Shown: positions 25,841-39,727 of the stretch, in pieces
Numbering within the stretch: position 1 is the stretch's first letter
How the letters are laid out: each line of letters starts with the position of its first letter
NCBI GenBank assembly: GCA_015680685.1
Contig: MNCI01000125.1
Span: 47,548 to 111,547 of the forward strand
Length of the DNA stretch: 64,000 nucleotides
From: Gnetum montanum
Lineage: Eukaryota; Plantae; Gnetophyta
Reading direction: 5' to 3'
The notes under the pieces: generated by a model
The model's input: the letters and a program-made list of their open reading frames with translations, nothing else
Told to the model about the DNA's origin: nothing
The model's database searches: none
Program-made: the position numbers and the translations under genes

Positions 25841-28800
25841 TTAATCTCCCCTAAAATATGGAGCAGTGTAGAACAGACTGGTGTATGTCCCTGCAGTGTT
25901 TGGAAACAGTGTAAGGAAGCAAACCAGAGCAAGAACAAACCCAAATATGTACCGTCCATCCCCTAGTGGAATAATTTCATCTTTTGCAGGAAGCTCTTCC
26001 CCTCCTCACAAAAATGTTGCAAGCAAACCCCAAGCCAAGCAAAGGACACTCCCACTAACTGCTCCAGCTCCAAGTAAGACTGAAGTTGCAAAGGAAAGCA
26101 AAGTTGCAGACCTCCTTCCAAACAAGGCCTGAGCTATTCTCCCACCTTCAAGTCTTCCACATAGCAGAAGATTCAAAGATGTAACAGCTATTCCTGCCAA
26201 AATTAAAATGCTAGCATGTTATTGTTACAAAAAAGTGAAAGATGCATTTCTGTTACTTCAATTCTGGTCAATCACAACTTCTCACTCTGAGGTCAAAGAA
26301 GCTTCATGAAGGAAATCTCTGATACTGAATTGTTCAATAGATCAATAGGGTAGTAAGAAATTTCATTTTTAAGTTCTATAATAATATTTGGTAATGATTC
26401 TCACAAAATTGTGGCATGGATGTTTATTAGGGTTGTGAATCCATCCAGTCAATTTGCCACTGATTTACATGTTATTTGATTAGCCGTATATCTGAGGAAA
26501 TAGTATGGATCCAAGTATAAAGTGTATTTTTGAATTCTTGATCAGTCACAACTTACCTAAAAGACCAGCAAATGCCAGAGGATCCACAGGAACACCAACT
26601 CCTTATACTGCTTGAGGAAGAACATTCCCCAGTTCATCAGCATATGGTCCAATAAAATACTGGATGAAGGAAAGAAATGGATTATTGAAGAAAAATTGAG
26701 GTCTTATGTACCTGAAAATGAAGCAAAAAAATTAAATCAGACTTTTCCCTCGCCTATAACAAAATCAAATATCTGAGGGTAGGGACAGCTGAGCAGACAT
26801 GATTATTGCTATTTATATTTTTAAATGGTCAGAACAGTCAGGTGATAAAATTCAATTCATGCATTATTCATGCATCCTGCTCTCTAATTGCATATGAAAG
26901 TTGAAAACACTAACACGGCATTATCACCACCATTGAAAGTGCCATCCAAGAAAAATGCTGTGGCAACCAGTGCAATAGAAGCAACATATGCACTGGCAGT
27001 CCTGGCAGCAGGAATATCAAAAAGTGCTTTCTGGTTTGGCAATATTGATTCATAATTGTTCACAACCCCAAGGCAACCTGTCCAGTTGGAAGGAATAAAA
27101 AATGACGGGCTTAATTTTACACAATACCGAGCAGCAGTTAAACGTGTTGCAATCTGCCAATATACGATAATGTAAGAATCATAGCATCATTTATTATTTA
27201 TAAAGCATTGAAAGAAAAGTCAACTATCGAAGAATGTTGTAGTACCTAAAATGTTAAAAACACAAGTATTGCAAGCACAAAGAACCCATGCAATTGAATC
27301 AATATTCATTATTCCTTTTTGAGATATCCTGCCCTATAATTTCAGAGTATGATGCATGCACGTTTGTATAAAGTTGCAAGTCAAATATAGAAAAGTTTGA
27401 CCATAAGCTTGTGTCATTTTTAAAAAACTCCTACCAACTGCTCCCAACAAAATATCTATTAGACTGTTTTCTTCCTTGTGCAAAATGTTACAATATAACC
27501 ATGCATCCCCATTTTCTTTTTACTAGGTCATAAAATGAATAGTCATCACAGTTCTCTATGCTCAAATAAGAATAAACACATAATGCAGAGGCCACCATTT
27601 AGAATTATGGTAAGATGCTAGTTTTTTAGGTCATAAGGCCTACGTTCAAGCCTGGACATGGCCACTATAAAAGAGGTTAAGCTTTTGCTTATCTACCAGA
27701 GTTGTTAGACTTTTGCTAGTAGAGCATTTGCTCATCTACTTGCCCTCCTGGGTCTGTTAGCAGAANGCTTTTGCTAGTAGAGCATTTGCTCATCTACTTG
27801 CCCTCCTGGGTCTGTTAGCAGAAACATTGAGCCTCTAAATGATGACACTTTTTTAAACACATAATACACAGGAATTATGTAAGAGTGGAAAAAAAAAATT
27901 GCGTTTTCATAAGCAGGGTTGTAAGAACTAGGTGCTTATTTATATATCATCCAATGTATTATTGTTCTAAAGCTTGGATCTACCAGAAGATTAAATGTAC
28001 ATTAAATTTGATGTTAAAACCTTGTAAGATAACTACAATGCCATGTTCAAGATGATGCAGAAAATCAAACTCAAATCCATGCCATAATTCATTACATAAC
28101 TCAACATTTGATTAACAAGCACCAATGTGTCAGAACAAAAATAGAAATTACCTATGAAACCCCTAGTATAGTGAGGAATCCACCAAAAAGGGGTATGACA
28201 TCAGTCAAATAGTCCTCAAATGTAGCATCTGGTTTAAGGAAGAATCCGCTGGTGATAGCAATTGTACCCAGAGTGGTAACTCCAAGAAGTAGTGCCGTAA
28301 CATAACCAAAAGGATTACTGAGTTTACTGATTTCAAGCTGCAGATCAATTTCAGATTTGGGTTGCACCATGCAAACCTGGTAAGCAGAAGTTCAGTGAAA
28401 AACAAAAATCAGCATGTCAAATTAACATACTAAAGACCCCACACAGTCCTCTTTGTCCCCTATTATTTTTCATTAAGCAATAACAAACATACGCGAATGC
28501 TTTCTAGAAATACAAGACAAAATGTATGTACGTTTGAACTGTAATTTGTAAAACAAAATGAAAAGAAAAACCAGAAAAGAAAAGAAAACCTGCTTTGTTA
28601 TATCATCCACTCTTTCTTCCATGAACCAGAGAGCAACTTCCCTCCCAGCTGCATCGGCCAGCTTCTTTTCAAGCTTAGGTATTACTTCTTCAATTGGTCT
28701 TCGAAGATTCCCCACAAAAATCCCACCATCACCAAAACGGCGAACATCAACAGCAAAGAAAGTGTCATATCCAAAACAACGTTTCAGCTGCAAGAAACAT

Positions 28801-30049
28801 AATGTTAGTCAGAAACGCAATGTGCCTGTATGTCCTTCCCTAATATAGTTTGAACACATCAAACTCATCAAAACATATCCAAGAACTAACGAAACAAGCA
28901 ATAAATTTTAAAAGCTACTACAGAAATTATAAATTCCTCCTCCCCGTCAGAAACAAAATTACCAGGGAAAACTAAAACAATATTTGTCAGCAACACAATC
29001 CAGTGCGTATATTTATAGCAATCGAATATTATTGTACAGAATTCCAAGTAACTTGTAATCCTTAGAAGATGGTTAAGAAACCAAGAAAGCAGAGAGCATG
29101 CCTGAGTTGCAGGAAAAAGGAAAAGATTGGAGCAATAAATCCCACTAGTTCCAATAAAACAATTAACAGTGGCCACCTAAGCACTTCAACATGTGATTTT
29201 GCTGTGCAAACTGTCATATTTGTTCCAAACAACAAAAAATAAAGAACCATTCAGAGTGCCCATTTGTTCATTTGGCTGCTATTCTAGTTGTAAATTATAG
29301 GAATTTAGTACAGTCAACATATGGATGATAAAATGCACGTTGAAATATATCTTTCCGGTTCTAATCCCTAGAAAATCACTTGCACATCCGGTATTATCAT
29401 AAAAGAGAAAAACAATAGTTGAAAAATCTTATAAGCAATTCCAAGCATGAGATACAACAATCTTTGCACCAAACAAAAGTTTCAGAAAAAAAAAACCGAA
29501 AGCATTAAGAAAGGGACATACTTTATTGAGATCCAGTGCTTTGAACTTCTCCTCGACTTGTTCCAGCCTCTCCTTTTCTTTGGCCAGAGAATTCCTTTGA
29601 AACTTAGCCAACAAACTCTGGAAGATATTGCCCCCTGCTTCTGTCTCGAGCTCTTTCAGCCTCCTCTCAGTCCTCTTCTTCTCAAGCTTAACTGCTGCTT
29701 CAATGGAAGGGTTGTCCATAAACTTCTTGAAATCCTCATCCCCTTTCCAGTCCTCCTCCTGTTTTTGTTTCTCTTCTTCGTTTTGGGTCTCACTGTTGCC
29801 CTCAGAATCAGTGCTCTTCTTCTCCTCTTCAACAATGGCGGTCGTTGTTGCAGAGGAGGATGTATCATCATCTGCGGATTTGAGTACGAATTTCGAGTTG
29901 GACCTGCTGCAGAAACTGTAATAGGAAGACCGCTGGATTTTATTGGGCAAATTGGTGGACTTGGATGATATGGGTTTTCTGAAGGACAGAAAAGAATAGC
30001 TGGAAACGAAAGAATTGGGTGAAAAAACTGTGACAGAAGCAGCAGCCGT
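25841..30049 (-). pseudogene. EGY3: EGY3-like chloroplast M50/S2P zinc-metallopeptidase pseudogene. Exons 30049-29522, 28787-28590, 28376-28152, 27153-26915, 26711-26557, 26193-25841
   Basis: FKKFMDNPSIEAAVKLEKKR, FKALDLNK|LKRCFGYDTFF, IPSNWTGCLG, GVPVDPLAFAGLLG, CGRLEGGRIAQ, TLFPN..FRGD*. GT-AG sites and phases are intact. Probable start reads ACG; in-frame stops at 28152-28154 (TAG), 26603-26605 (TAA) and 26006-26008 (TGA). Confidence 0.9.
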
Positions 30050-32499
30050 GGCGGTTGTTGCACTGTATTCTGGGCGAAATCCGATGCTGCCGATGTAGCA
30101 GTGCAGGGAATTTTTAGTAGAGCCACGGTGGATGAAGACAAGCTGACTTGGACACTGGAATCTGCTCGAAAAATGTAGAATGACGTAGTATGCTGCTACC
30201 ACGTTTTGCCACAAATGCTGCATCCTCCATTTCTGAACACATGCCACCCGAAGATTTGAAGCGTAACAAATTCATTGTTTATGAGTGAATGCCATTGGTC
30301 CTTTCAGGATTTTGGTTATAAGACTTTTTGGTGAGAATATGCGATGCTGGTGCGTTGAACAGAGTACAAGGCTCAGACGAGCATGTGAGCAACTTATTTT
30401 CTCTTGGAATTGATAGCTGCAGCAATATTTTGGAGCTTTGTGTAACTAAAACGTTGTTATGTGTATGGGAGGATGGCTTCTTGGGTGGCTTCTGGTTGGT
30501 TTAGCCTCTAGTCGTTTCTATTTCATCATAGGTGCTTTGGTGGGCGGGTCCTGTTTTTCAGGTTTTTAGCCGTAAAATAAGGTTACAAATCATGAACAAA
30601 CCGTACAACTGAATAGGTATTTGTCACTGCTACCTGTATTTACCAGCTACCGCATGTGTTTTTGAATTTAACTTAACATTGATGTATATTGTCAGTCTGT
30701 AAACTCCGGTGTTTTTAGGTGTATTTGTTTGCCTCTTTCCTGGCTTCAAGGGAGATTTAAAAAAAAAAATTAGAGACAGTTCTTGGATTTTAATTTGTAT
30801 GAACTTTGCTCAATTTTTTTTATTTTTTGTTTTAACATTTTGCCTATGCAGATTGAAATAATGATTTCCTTCACAAATATTTAGGAGAGTTGTTAAGGTG
30901 AACTACTAACTGTAAAAACATAAAATCCAAACTTAATTGAGCTACCTAAAAAGCAAAGGCCAATCGCACTTGTGGGAGGATTGCTAATAAAACCAAATCA
31001 AACCATTAAAATTGCACTTCTCAAGAGAATTTAATATTGTTTTCAAAGCCTACCTCAGGACATTGAAGGTGAACTAAGCTAGCAATAGACTTTATTCCAT
31101 AGTCAAACTTAGTATAACTTATGTTTTGATACAAGTATCCAATTTGCATTTCTATATGAAAAAAATGATCTTAAAAAAAACTTTTCAAGCCTTTTAAAAA
31201 TACCACTTAACATAATCAGCATTGAAGACACATAATGAGAAACCAACAAACTGACTTACTCACTTCACTAGAACAAGACTAAGATAATGAGGTTATAAGA
31301 ATGTACATTACAAGACAATCCTTGAAATTACGTATAACATGAATATTGTTCAAGACACCCTTGGTCGGAAATCACTTTGCCTAAGCGGGATGATTTCTGT
31401 TACTAATCTAACGTATGACATATTTAATATGATTGTTGAGTAATGGCAATTGGGTTGTTGATTGTGTGCATTTGACAATGGATACTCGAGTAACTTGTGC
31501 ACTATTTTGAGCTTGTGCAATTATTATTTCCGTTCATTGTATCATTTTTAGTAATTCAAGGAATGGGGATATATTTACATTTACATGGTAGTTAAATTAT
31601 TACATCCTTTCACATAGGTGTGGGATGTGAAACTCTGTAATTATAGATACACTTCATGATGTATAGTCTAATTACAATTTTATACCTCAACATTACTCAT
31701 AGAATCAAACGTATGACTTAGAGCTTTCAAGTCAAGAATCCACATATAAAGAGGCTTAGACCTAATCTCTACAAATCCACATATAAAAAGTCTAGGACCC
31801 TATCCGAAAACACCATGCTTAGTTGTGGTCTTGGTTCCCAAACACTAATTCGAGTTGTGGGTGTACCTTATACACCAATCTTTTGGGCCTTTTTATATTG
31901 TAACAATGAAGTGTTAACCTAGTGGTATGGGTCTTGGCTTGGTAACCCTAGGTCACATTTTTTATTCTACCAAGTAGCATTGAGTTATACACTTTTACCT
32001 ATGTTTCAAATGCATACGATTATTCAACTCACTTTAGTTAGGAACAAAGATGTTTTTTATAATATTTAAATATGTGTTCTTAGGTCCCACCCTTGACTGC
32101 CAATAGGCTAGCTTGCAGGTAGGTAAGGATGGGACCCAACAAAGGTTATAATATATAATTGGCTAAATGTAAATCTTCTCATCTACTTGTAATACAATTT
32201 TTTTATGGTTTAAAAATATTGATTTCAACCAAAAAATGGCTACAAGCACTAAATGGTATGGAAATAAATTTTATATGTTTAATGAAACCAAGAAGACTAA
32301 CAATTTGTTGCTTATATCTCTAAAAAAATCAATGAAAAATTAAATAGCTTAACAAAACATGGAACTTTGGGATATTCTCCAAATTGAACATTAAAATCTT
32401 GAGTTCACTTATAAATGATCACATTATATGCTTATGTATAAATAATCCTATATCTAGGGCACATTACACCATTGAAGCATTACTTAGCTTAAGAAATAA

Positions 32500-33436
32500 A
32501 AGAAAATGAGAATAGTACTTAGCATGAATGACTTGAATTTTATGTTTTTGTATCGTATCATTTAATTGCAAAGTAAAACTTGATTATGAGTCTAGTAATC
32601 TAAAATTTAAATAAATACAAATTATGATATAAGATGAGTAACTAATGACTCACATACATCATCATGATGAAAAAAATCAAGTGTCTTATTTGTAACAATA
32701 TTACTAGAAGAAGGTGTCATAGATTTTTATTTGTCAACTTAGAAATCTACATGCTAAGAACTAATAGAAATTTTTGTATAAGTAGAAGAAGTGGAAATTT
32801 CAAAATTGATAAAAGAAGTTAGCAATAATTTAGATTCCATCATGGGGGAAGATAATTCCAAAGAAATTACTTCCACTAATGAAAACTTAGCATAAAATAG
32901 AGAGAGAAACATTCCCTTGGTAAAATCACTAATGTGTTGGTGTAATGAATATGACTCGAGGGTAGTAAAATATAATTATTGTGCTTATGATTATGATATG
33001 TATGTGCTTATACTAAGAGCATGATAGGTCCTGCTCTAGTGGGAAGTCATTTTCTTATATGCTTACATGATTATTTGATTGGTATTATGGCATGATTAAT
33101 ATGATTTACTTGTGTATTTATGGAATACTTAAGGCTTAATTCAAATATTGTGATTTACCTCTAAGATTGTAGTAGAAATGTATACAAGTTCAAGGCATAA
33201 ATCACTCTTTGTCCATCCTCATAATTTTATCTTACTAAAAAAGCTAAAACATAGTAGCTTGAAATCCTTAAGAATATGCATGATGGAAATTATCTAAAAT
33301 CCTATTCTTCAGAGGAGTTTTAGAAGGCTTACTTCTTCTTTTTTTAAGTAGGTATGGGTTAAAGATTGATGAAACCTTATATGTCAAGTAGCTAAGTCAT
33401 GGGGATATGATAAAGCATCATTTTATCAAGTGTATT
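32500..33436 (+). mobile_element. 3' fragment of an Athila-like element (internal PPT ~32840, PPT ~33395-33407, first 29 bp of its 3' LTR from 33408)
   Basis: catgggggaag and aagtcatggggata|TGATAAAGC match the PPT motif of the other Athila-like copies. The left boundary is approximate. Confidence 0.45.
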
Positions 33437-36400
33437 TGATGAGTGGCGAGTATACCCTACGTCCAACCATATGAATTACAAGCATTCACCCATAATTTGG
33501 TCAAATTTTGTAGACCTTAAGTTCTCATGTACATTGGTTCTAAGACATGAAATCTAATTGTGACAATTGTTGTCTTCCCAAGTACACTTGTGGAGCTTTG
33601 TTCTATGGCTAAGTGTAGTTGAGGCACATGATTTTTATTGTTTTATATTTTATTCGTCTATGATTAACAAGAAGTTTAAACTTAAATTATGAACCAATTT
33701 AACTAAATTTATTGCCAATTAATAACTAACTATCCTAACATAAGCACCCAGTCCCACTTTTCGTACACATCTTGAACACATACAATACTACTAAGTCACC
33801 AAGCATTAAGTGCTTCTAAAATTACCAAGTGTTGTATGTTATGCTCGAAGTGGTCGCACTTATGTATTAAATCTATTTAGCTTAATTAATTAATCAATTA
33901 AAGTCTAGTGTATCTTAATTAATTACATAATTAATGAGAATATTAAATGTAGAAATAAATCATTAATCTATTCTAAGTGCTACAAGGTTTGATCAAAAGG
34001 CTCATCTTTATTGTCTTTTACATTGGTGTGCTCAGGTGCATTAGTGCTTGAATAAAGATCCGTACGCTTTCTAAATCTTGTTGTGGACACTCAGAAAAAT
34101 ATTTTAACCCTCAAATGACAAAATTGCAAGAGCTCTACTACAACTATCATATGACATCCATAAACATAGTTGGTGAGCATGTATTTATACATGTTATTGT
34201 GGAGCTATGTTGATGGGGCCTCCTAAACATTGCAAATACTATGTTGATGCAGCCCTATCAACAGGGTAACACCACGTCAACAAGGACTCGTCCATGAGGG
34301 CTTATCGACATGACACTTTGATGCTTCATCGCACCCCATGACTAAATAAAAACTCATCCTCAAGTTCCTTTACAAAATTGGGAAGGTATGGGATTATTGA
34401 TTGGCTTTTAACATAACAAAACTGAGTGGCCAAGTGTACAAATCAACATCATTACAAAAAGTTTTGGTGTTCATGACACAAAATTGAGCACCATGACATG
34501 ACTACTTAAACTAGACATCACATCCTCTAATGGCATGAAGGTGGTTGAGAAGATCAAACAGTCCCAGGTGGTGGAGGCTTTTGAGGTTTTGAAGGATCTT
34601 TGCTAACTTTAGGTGTGTGCGGTGGTTGAGGTAGCTTTGGCTATCCTACTGTGACTTCTACCTATGGTGGAAGGTGAAAGGCATCTAATAATGCCTTCAT
34701 CTTCTCCTTCTTACTCCAAGGATCATTCACAATCCACACAGCATTGCCAATGTGGGCTAGAATGGGAATATCCCATGAACAAGGCATTACTGCGAACAAC
34801 TCCTTGACATTGATAAACTAGGCATCAAATTTTTTGCATTTGACATTGAACACCTTGACTACATTTTATAGCTCCTAGTAGTCATTCATTCTTTTGTCCA
34901 AGCTCTCAATAGTGGATCTCTAATCAGTGTATTTACCCTTGAGAACATTGAGTTCAGTGTTTGCTTTTGCAAGCTTTTTCTTGGTGTCCTTGTGGTGCTT
35001 AAACTCAACCTCATACAACAAGTATGAGCTAAGAAGTTAGCCTCGTACATTGACAGAAATGCACAATAAGTACGAGTAGGTTCAACATTTCACAGGTAAT
35101 GGGTTTTTGCAACTAGTTGCTCCTACTTGTACTTCTTGTATGTTTCTACCAGTGTGAGTGCATCATACTCCTTGCAGTTGACACCATAGCACCATTGAAC
35201 CCATTTCTTTTTTATGCTAGGATCTACCTACATTGGAATCTTAGTGAGATTTGTCCCATTTTTAGGCAACCTAAGTGCCTCTGTAATGGCCTGCACCAAG
35301 TAGGACACTGGAATTTCCTTGTTTTTGACTATTGAACAGACTTGCTTTTTGTTCCAAAATAAGTATGTCTCTCCCATACACCACTCCCCACTAGAAGTGA
35401 TAATTGACCACTTAGGAGAGGCCTTCAATTGATCCTATACCTCTTTAGGTGCTTGCTCCAAGAAAGAGTTAAAGTTTAACTCTTAGAGCATTGTTTTCTA
35501 GACCTCTCTTGATCTAATTTGGCTTAGGCAAGCTTCCATCAAGGTTACCTCAAGGTTTTTTTGCTAAGCTGGTGCCTCATCCTGGTGGGAATGTTCTGTT
35601 GCTACCACTTGTTTTGGAATCTGATGAATAGGCTCCACTTTAACCTCTTCTCTAAAAGGTCCTGTGGCATGGGTTACAATTGGTTCTTCCTAGGCCTATT
35701 CTTGGCCCCTTCCCATTCTTGGCCATTTCTCCCATGGTTGAGATGGTTCTCCTTCCTACATGTGTTTGCCTTTTGGTGCCATTTGTGGGCACAACGCATC
35801 CGCAAATTAGTAGATATAATGTGTAACTTAGAATATTTGGATACCTTATCTCATTAGTTGGTTACACTTAGCTATGGTTGGACCATGGTAGATTGATTAA
35901 TTTATTCTCATTTTATTAATTAAGTTTTATTATAAGTTTCACTGGAGCTCATTGGCAAGTTTAACTTTTGTAATTTGGTGTTTAAATGTTAATTTCTTAG
36001 TTAAACCTTTGTGGGAGTTAGAAAAATGACAAANATCCAAAAATGGCACATTGTGGCCCCCATGACTAAGAGCTTATCTCTAGGAACAATAGGATTAAAA
36101 GAATAAAGTGATTTGGATAAACGATTATGAAGTTATGGGCTTTGAAAATTTGAAAAACTCCCTTGAAGTTTATGAGCAAATGTGAAAATTTCTAAGGGGG
36201 GTCGTGCATATTTATAGTATTTTTGCACTGCATATACAAGGCCTTGTATATGCATGGGCTTCATAGACAAGGCCTTGTTTATGAGATTCAGAAACAAAAT
36301 TTTCAAACTTGAATATTTTGAAAAATATAAGGAAGTTTTGAATAAATTTGGGATCTATGGAGTCTTAGAAAAGCTAAGAATATGATGAAATTGTTGAAGA

Positions 36401-37352
36401 GGATCTTTGAAAGTTCAAAATTCAAAAAGTTGATGAAGAATATGTGATTTGAACAAAATATGTTGAAGGAGCATGTGGTTGGATGTAGAAGATGTATGCA
36501 CAAAAGATTCTAATTGTAATAATGCCTAAGGATAATGTGCTTAATGAACCGAACCAAGAGATATGCAAGTGGGTCCTCCCCATAGCAAGCACAGGCCTTG
36601 TTTACCTTTGCATAACCTGAACCAAAGGAGTCCATGGGCCCCATAGGCAATTAATGATCGATTAGAAGTTAAGGACCAAAATCCAGAAGATTCTACCAAA
36701 GAATTTAAGTACGTCAAACAAAGACACTGAACAAGAACATGGACATCGATAGTGAGGTGACTTATGGCAGCATGGACGAATGATGGAGAATGTGGAATGG
36801 AGTTCTAAATTGAGGTCATCAGAAGTTCCTTATGGATTTTTTTAAATGACCTAATAAGATCTATCCTTAGTTTAGACCAAAGCCAATTGCTTTCAATGAC
36901 TTTGCATCATCACTCCAAGATTGATCCACCTCCTCAAGACACAAGAGTGCTCCCATAGAACAACCACCATTCCTTAAGAAGAAGAAAAGAGAAATAGGAA
37001 GTGGGAGAGGGCCTTAGCTAGAGGGGACCTTTAGGCATGGGTAACATGTCTTTCTAGTCCCATAACTAGTGCTTGTATCCCGTTTATTTGTCTAAGGGTT
37101 GTGCTTTAAATTCCCATTATGTTTGTTTTTTTTATTTTGTTTTTTTTTCTTTTCTCTTTTTCTTCTTTTTGGATGGGAACCACATCATGCAAAAACTTAT
37201 ACAACTTCCTATTATAAATCAATACAAAATGGTAAGAAGTTTATAAAAACACTCATGCATCCAAGTAAGTAGAAGAGTACAAAGAGTATTAAGTCCCCTT
37301 AAAGTCACACCTTGTGCAAACCTTGGAATCCTTCCCAATTCTAGAAACTACC
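33437..37352 (-). mobile_element. Truncated Athila-like copy 2: 3' LTR 33437-34331, PPT, degenerate extra ORF (~34560-35800), second PPT-like motif at ~36057, 3'UTR-like segment 36500-37352
   Basis: LTR end tgatgagtggcgagtataccctac. caccccatgactaa follows the LTR. 34670-35030 is homologous to 13830-14190, and 36540-37352 to 49570-50430. Confidence 0.8.
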
Positions 37353-37359
37353 AAGATCA

Positions 37360-39727
37360 TAAATGAAACATCACCAAATTCGGGCCACTACATCTTAACT
37401 ATAAATTTGTCTAAGTGTCAACACAAGGAAAATTTTTTCTAAGTGTTGGGCCTACGCTCTCCACTACTGGGACTATGCTCTAGAGCATAGTTAGTGTAGT
37501 TTGCAACATAAGTCCAGATTTGCAATATTTTTCTAAGTGTCGATAGTAGCTACAAAATTTTTTAAGTGTTGGACTATGCTCTTAATGTTGGGACAACGCT
37601 CTAGAGTGTAGTCAACACACAAATGGCCAATTTTGCAAACTTTCCTAAGTGTCAAGCTTGCTTGGCATGGAAGAAATAGTTTGACAAAATTTCTAATTGT
37701 TGTGACTACACTTCCTACTATCCTCTAGAGTGGAGTTAGCATAGTCAGCACTCAAGCTCAAGTTTTGCAAAATTTATCTAACTGTTGGAACTAGTAGTCA
37801 TGTAGAATAACCTCTAGAAGCCTCCAAAATGCAACATCTGCCTTCACCTCAACTTTGACACTCCTTCAACAAGCAAGATCAACAACTTATATTTCTTTTG
37901 CATCCCCCATTTGTCCTAAAATTGTACGTATGCTCAACACTACTTGAGAGAGTGGATAGCATAGTCCTAGAGCATAGTCTCCAAACTTGCACTATTTTGC
38001 ATTATTTTTAGGTACATTGTGGTTTATTTGACATTTATGCATGTAGTTTGGTAGTCTCACAAGGTCCATTAAAGCATACCAGCAGAACACCATTTGCTTC
38101 AGTGGGAGCATAGTTAGGTACAACGTAGTCTCAACTGCCCCTCTACCATGTGGTGCTTGATCCACAATTCACAACCCTAGCCCTATAAATACCCCAATGC
38201 TCTACATTTTAGGGTTTAGCAATTTTTTCATCCAATTGGCAAATCTAAGCATCTATGAGCATTTTGGCATTTCATTGTGCAAGAGCAAGTTCATGGTAGA
38301 GCATCAACAAGCACCTTTGCATACCACCTAGGACACCATAGACCACTATAGTCCATAAGACACCATGGTAACCAACTCAATAGGCATAGATACCATGGAA
38401 GATGTTAATCTTTATAGCCCAAACACCCTAAGATTATGACTACATTGCCTACTATGCCTGTTTGTCCACTATGTACCTCCTCATCTTTCTTGTGGTTGAC
38501 TATGCTCTTCCCATTTAGGGTGGTGCTACTTTCTTTCTTGCTCTTTCCTTGCACATTTTTCAACATTTTTACTCGCATTCTGGCATTTACTTGCATTTCG
38601 CTATTTTTTCACATAACCACACATTGACACTGATGAATCATGGTTTGCTAGGCCCTAATATCAGGTACACAATATCGGGTATGTGATATCATAGCCTAGA
38701 TATGATATTGTATACACGATATCATGATTCTTGTGTTAGCCTATAAATACAACACTCAGGCACATAGCGAGGGAGTCTTTTGAGTTAGATTTTAGTCTTC
38801 AATTCTTATAGTCAGTTTAGTGTTCTTTCCAAGTGCATGCCCGTAGTGTGATGCTTGTAATTGTATGGAACCTTTGTTTGAGTGTGATGTACTTGGACAC
38901 GCACACAATCAGCAATAATGATTGAGATTACTTGATAATTGTAGCATTTACTTAAATTTTAATTATTTTAATTGTTGATTATTTATTGTTGTTTACTATT
39001 CATGTTGTTAATGTGAAATAAGTATGCCTTAATCATGAACATTTAAGTGTAACTATGCGGTAACCCAGTAGCATATTGAGTAGTGCTTTGAGTGTTGTGC
39101 ACTTGGTAATCCCAAAAGTAGTACATGAAGTTCAAGATGTGCATGAATGATTAGGGATGGATGCTCATTGCACTTAGGCTAGCTTAGATCTTATTTCCTA
39201 TTGCTATTAGCTTAATTAAATTATCTCTTATTGTCCTTAGGAGTAGCATAGTAGCAGGGATCATATGATACACCTCACTCTAGACTAAAGCATAGGTGAC
39301 AAAGTAATTACTAGTCCAAATGGAAAGACAGCGAACTACGATCAATGTATAACTATTTAGATGCTACAACTAGTCTATCTGCAGAGTTCGACTAGATCGT
39401 GCATACACATTCATATTCATATGATTGAGCATAGGGGTACCTCACCGCTCATTAGAAACCTTTGTTTTTGGGGGAAACCCTTGACTACGCTCACCCCCAT
39501 TGACATTATAGATGCTGCAAACATTATGCAAGCACTTAACAACATTTTAGCATCGCATCCCATAATTCGCAGTCTAATCAACAAGATCATTCTAGGCATC
39601 TCGTCTCTACCTCCAATAGCCCCTCACATGGACATGGGGTTAAGTTGTATGCACTATGAACCTTTTAGTGTACTATTCCAGTCATTGGCATTTTTAATTA
39701 CTACATTTTTTGGTACTAGAAGAAGGG
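37360..39727 (+). mobile_element. 5'-truncated Tat/Ogre-type LTR (ends ..ACTACA at 39705) followed by a PBS-like sequence TGGTACTAGAAGAAGGG (39711-39727)
   Basis: Reverse-complement homology to 39865-41510 (TATA ctataaataccc, ctaccatgtggtgcttgat, U5 end). Interrupted by the solo LTR at 38631-39454. Confidence 0.75.
38631..39454 (+). mobile_element. Solo LTR of the Athila-like family; TSD GACAC/GAAAC
   Basis: Starts TGATG and ends ggtacctcaccgctcatta, the reverse complement of the family LTR end. GATATC U3 repeats and TATA at ~38741. TSD matches 4/5. Confidence 0.85.

Noticed and set aside
27708-27823. Exact ~57-bp duplication around a single N in an EGY3 intron
   Set aside because: Identical copies on either side of one N are typical of an unmerged contig overlap (assembly artefact).
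26006-28154. Stop readthrough or RNA editing as an explanation for the EGY3 stops
   Set aside because: Three different stop codons, two needing U-to-G changes. No such editing is known for plant nuclear mRNAs.
30050-30247. Upstream in-frame extension (GTG/ATG) that could rescue the EGY3 start
   Set aside because: It does not resemble a transit peptide, and three downstream stops remain.
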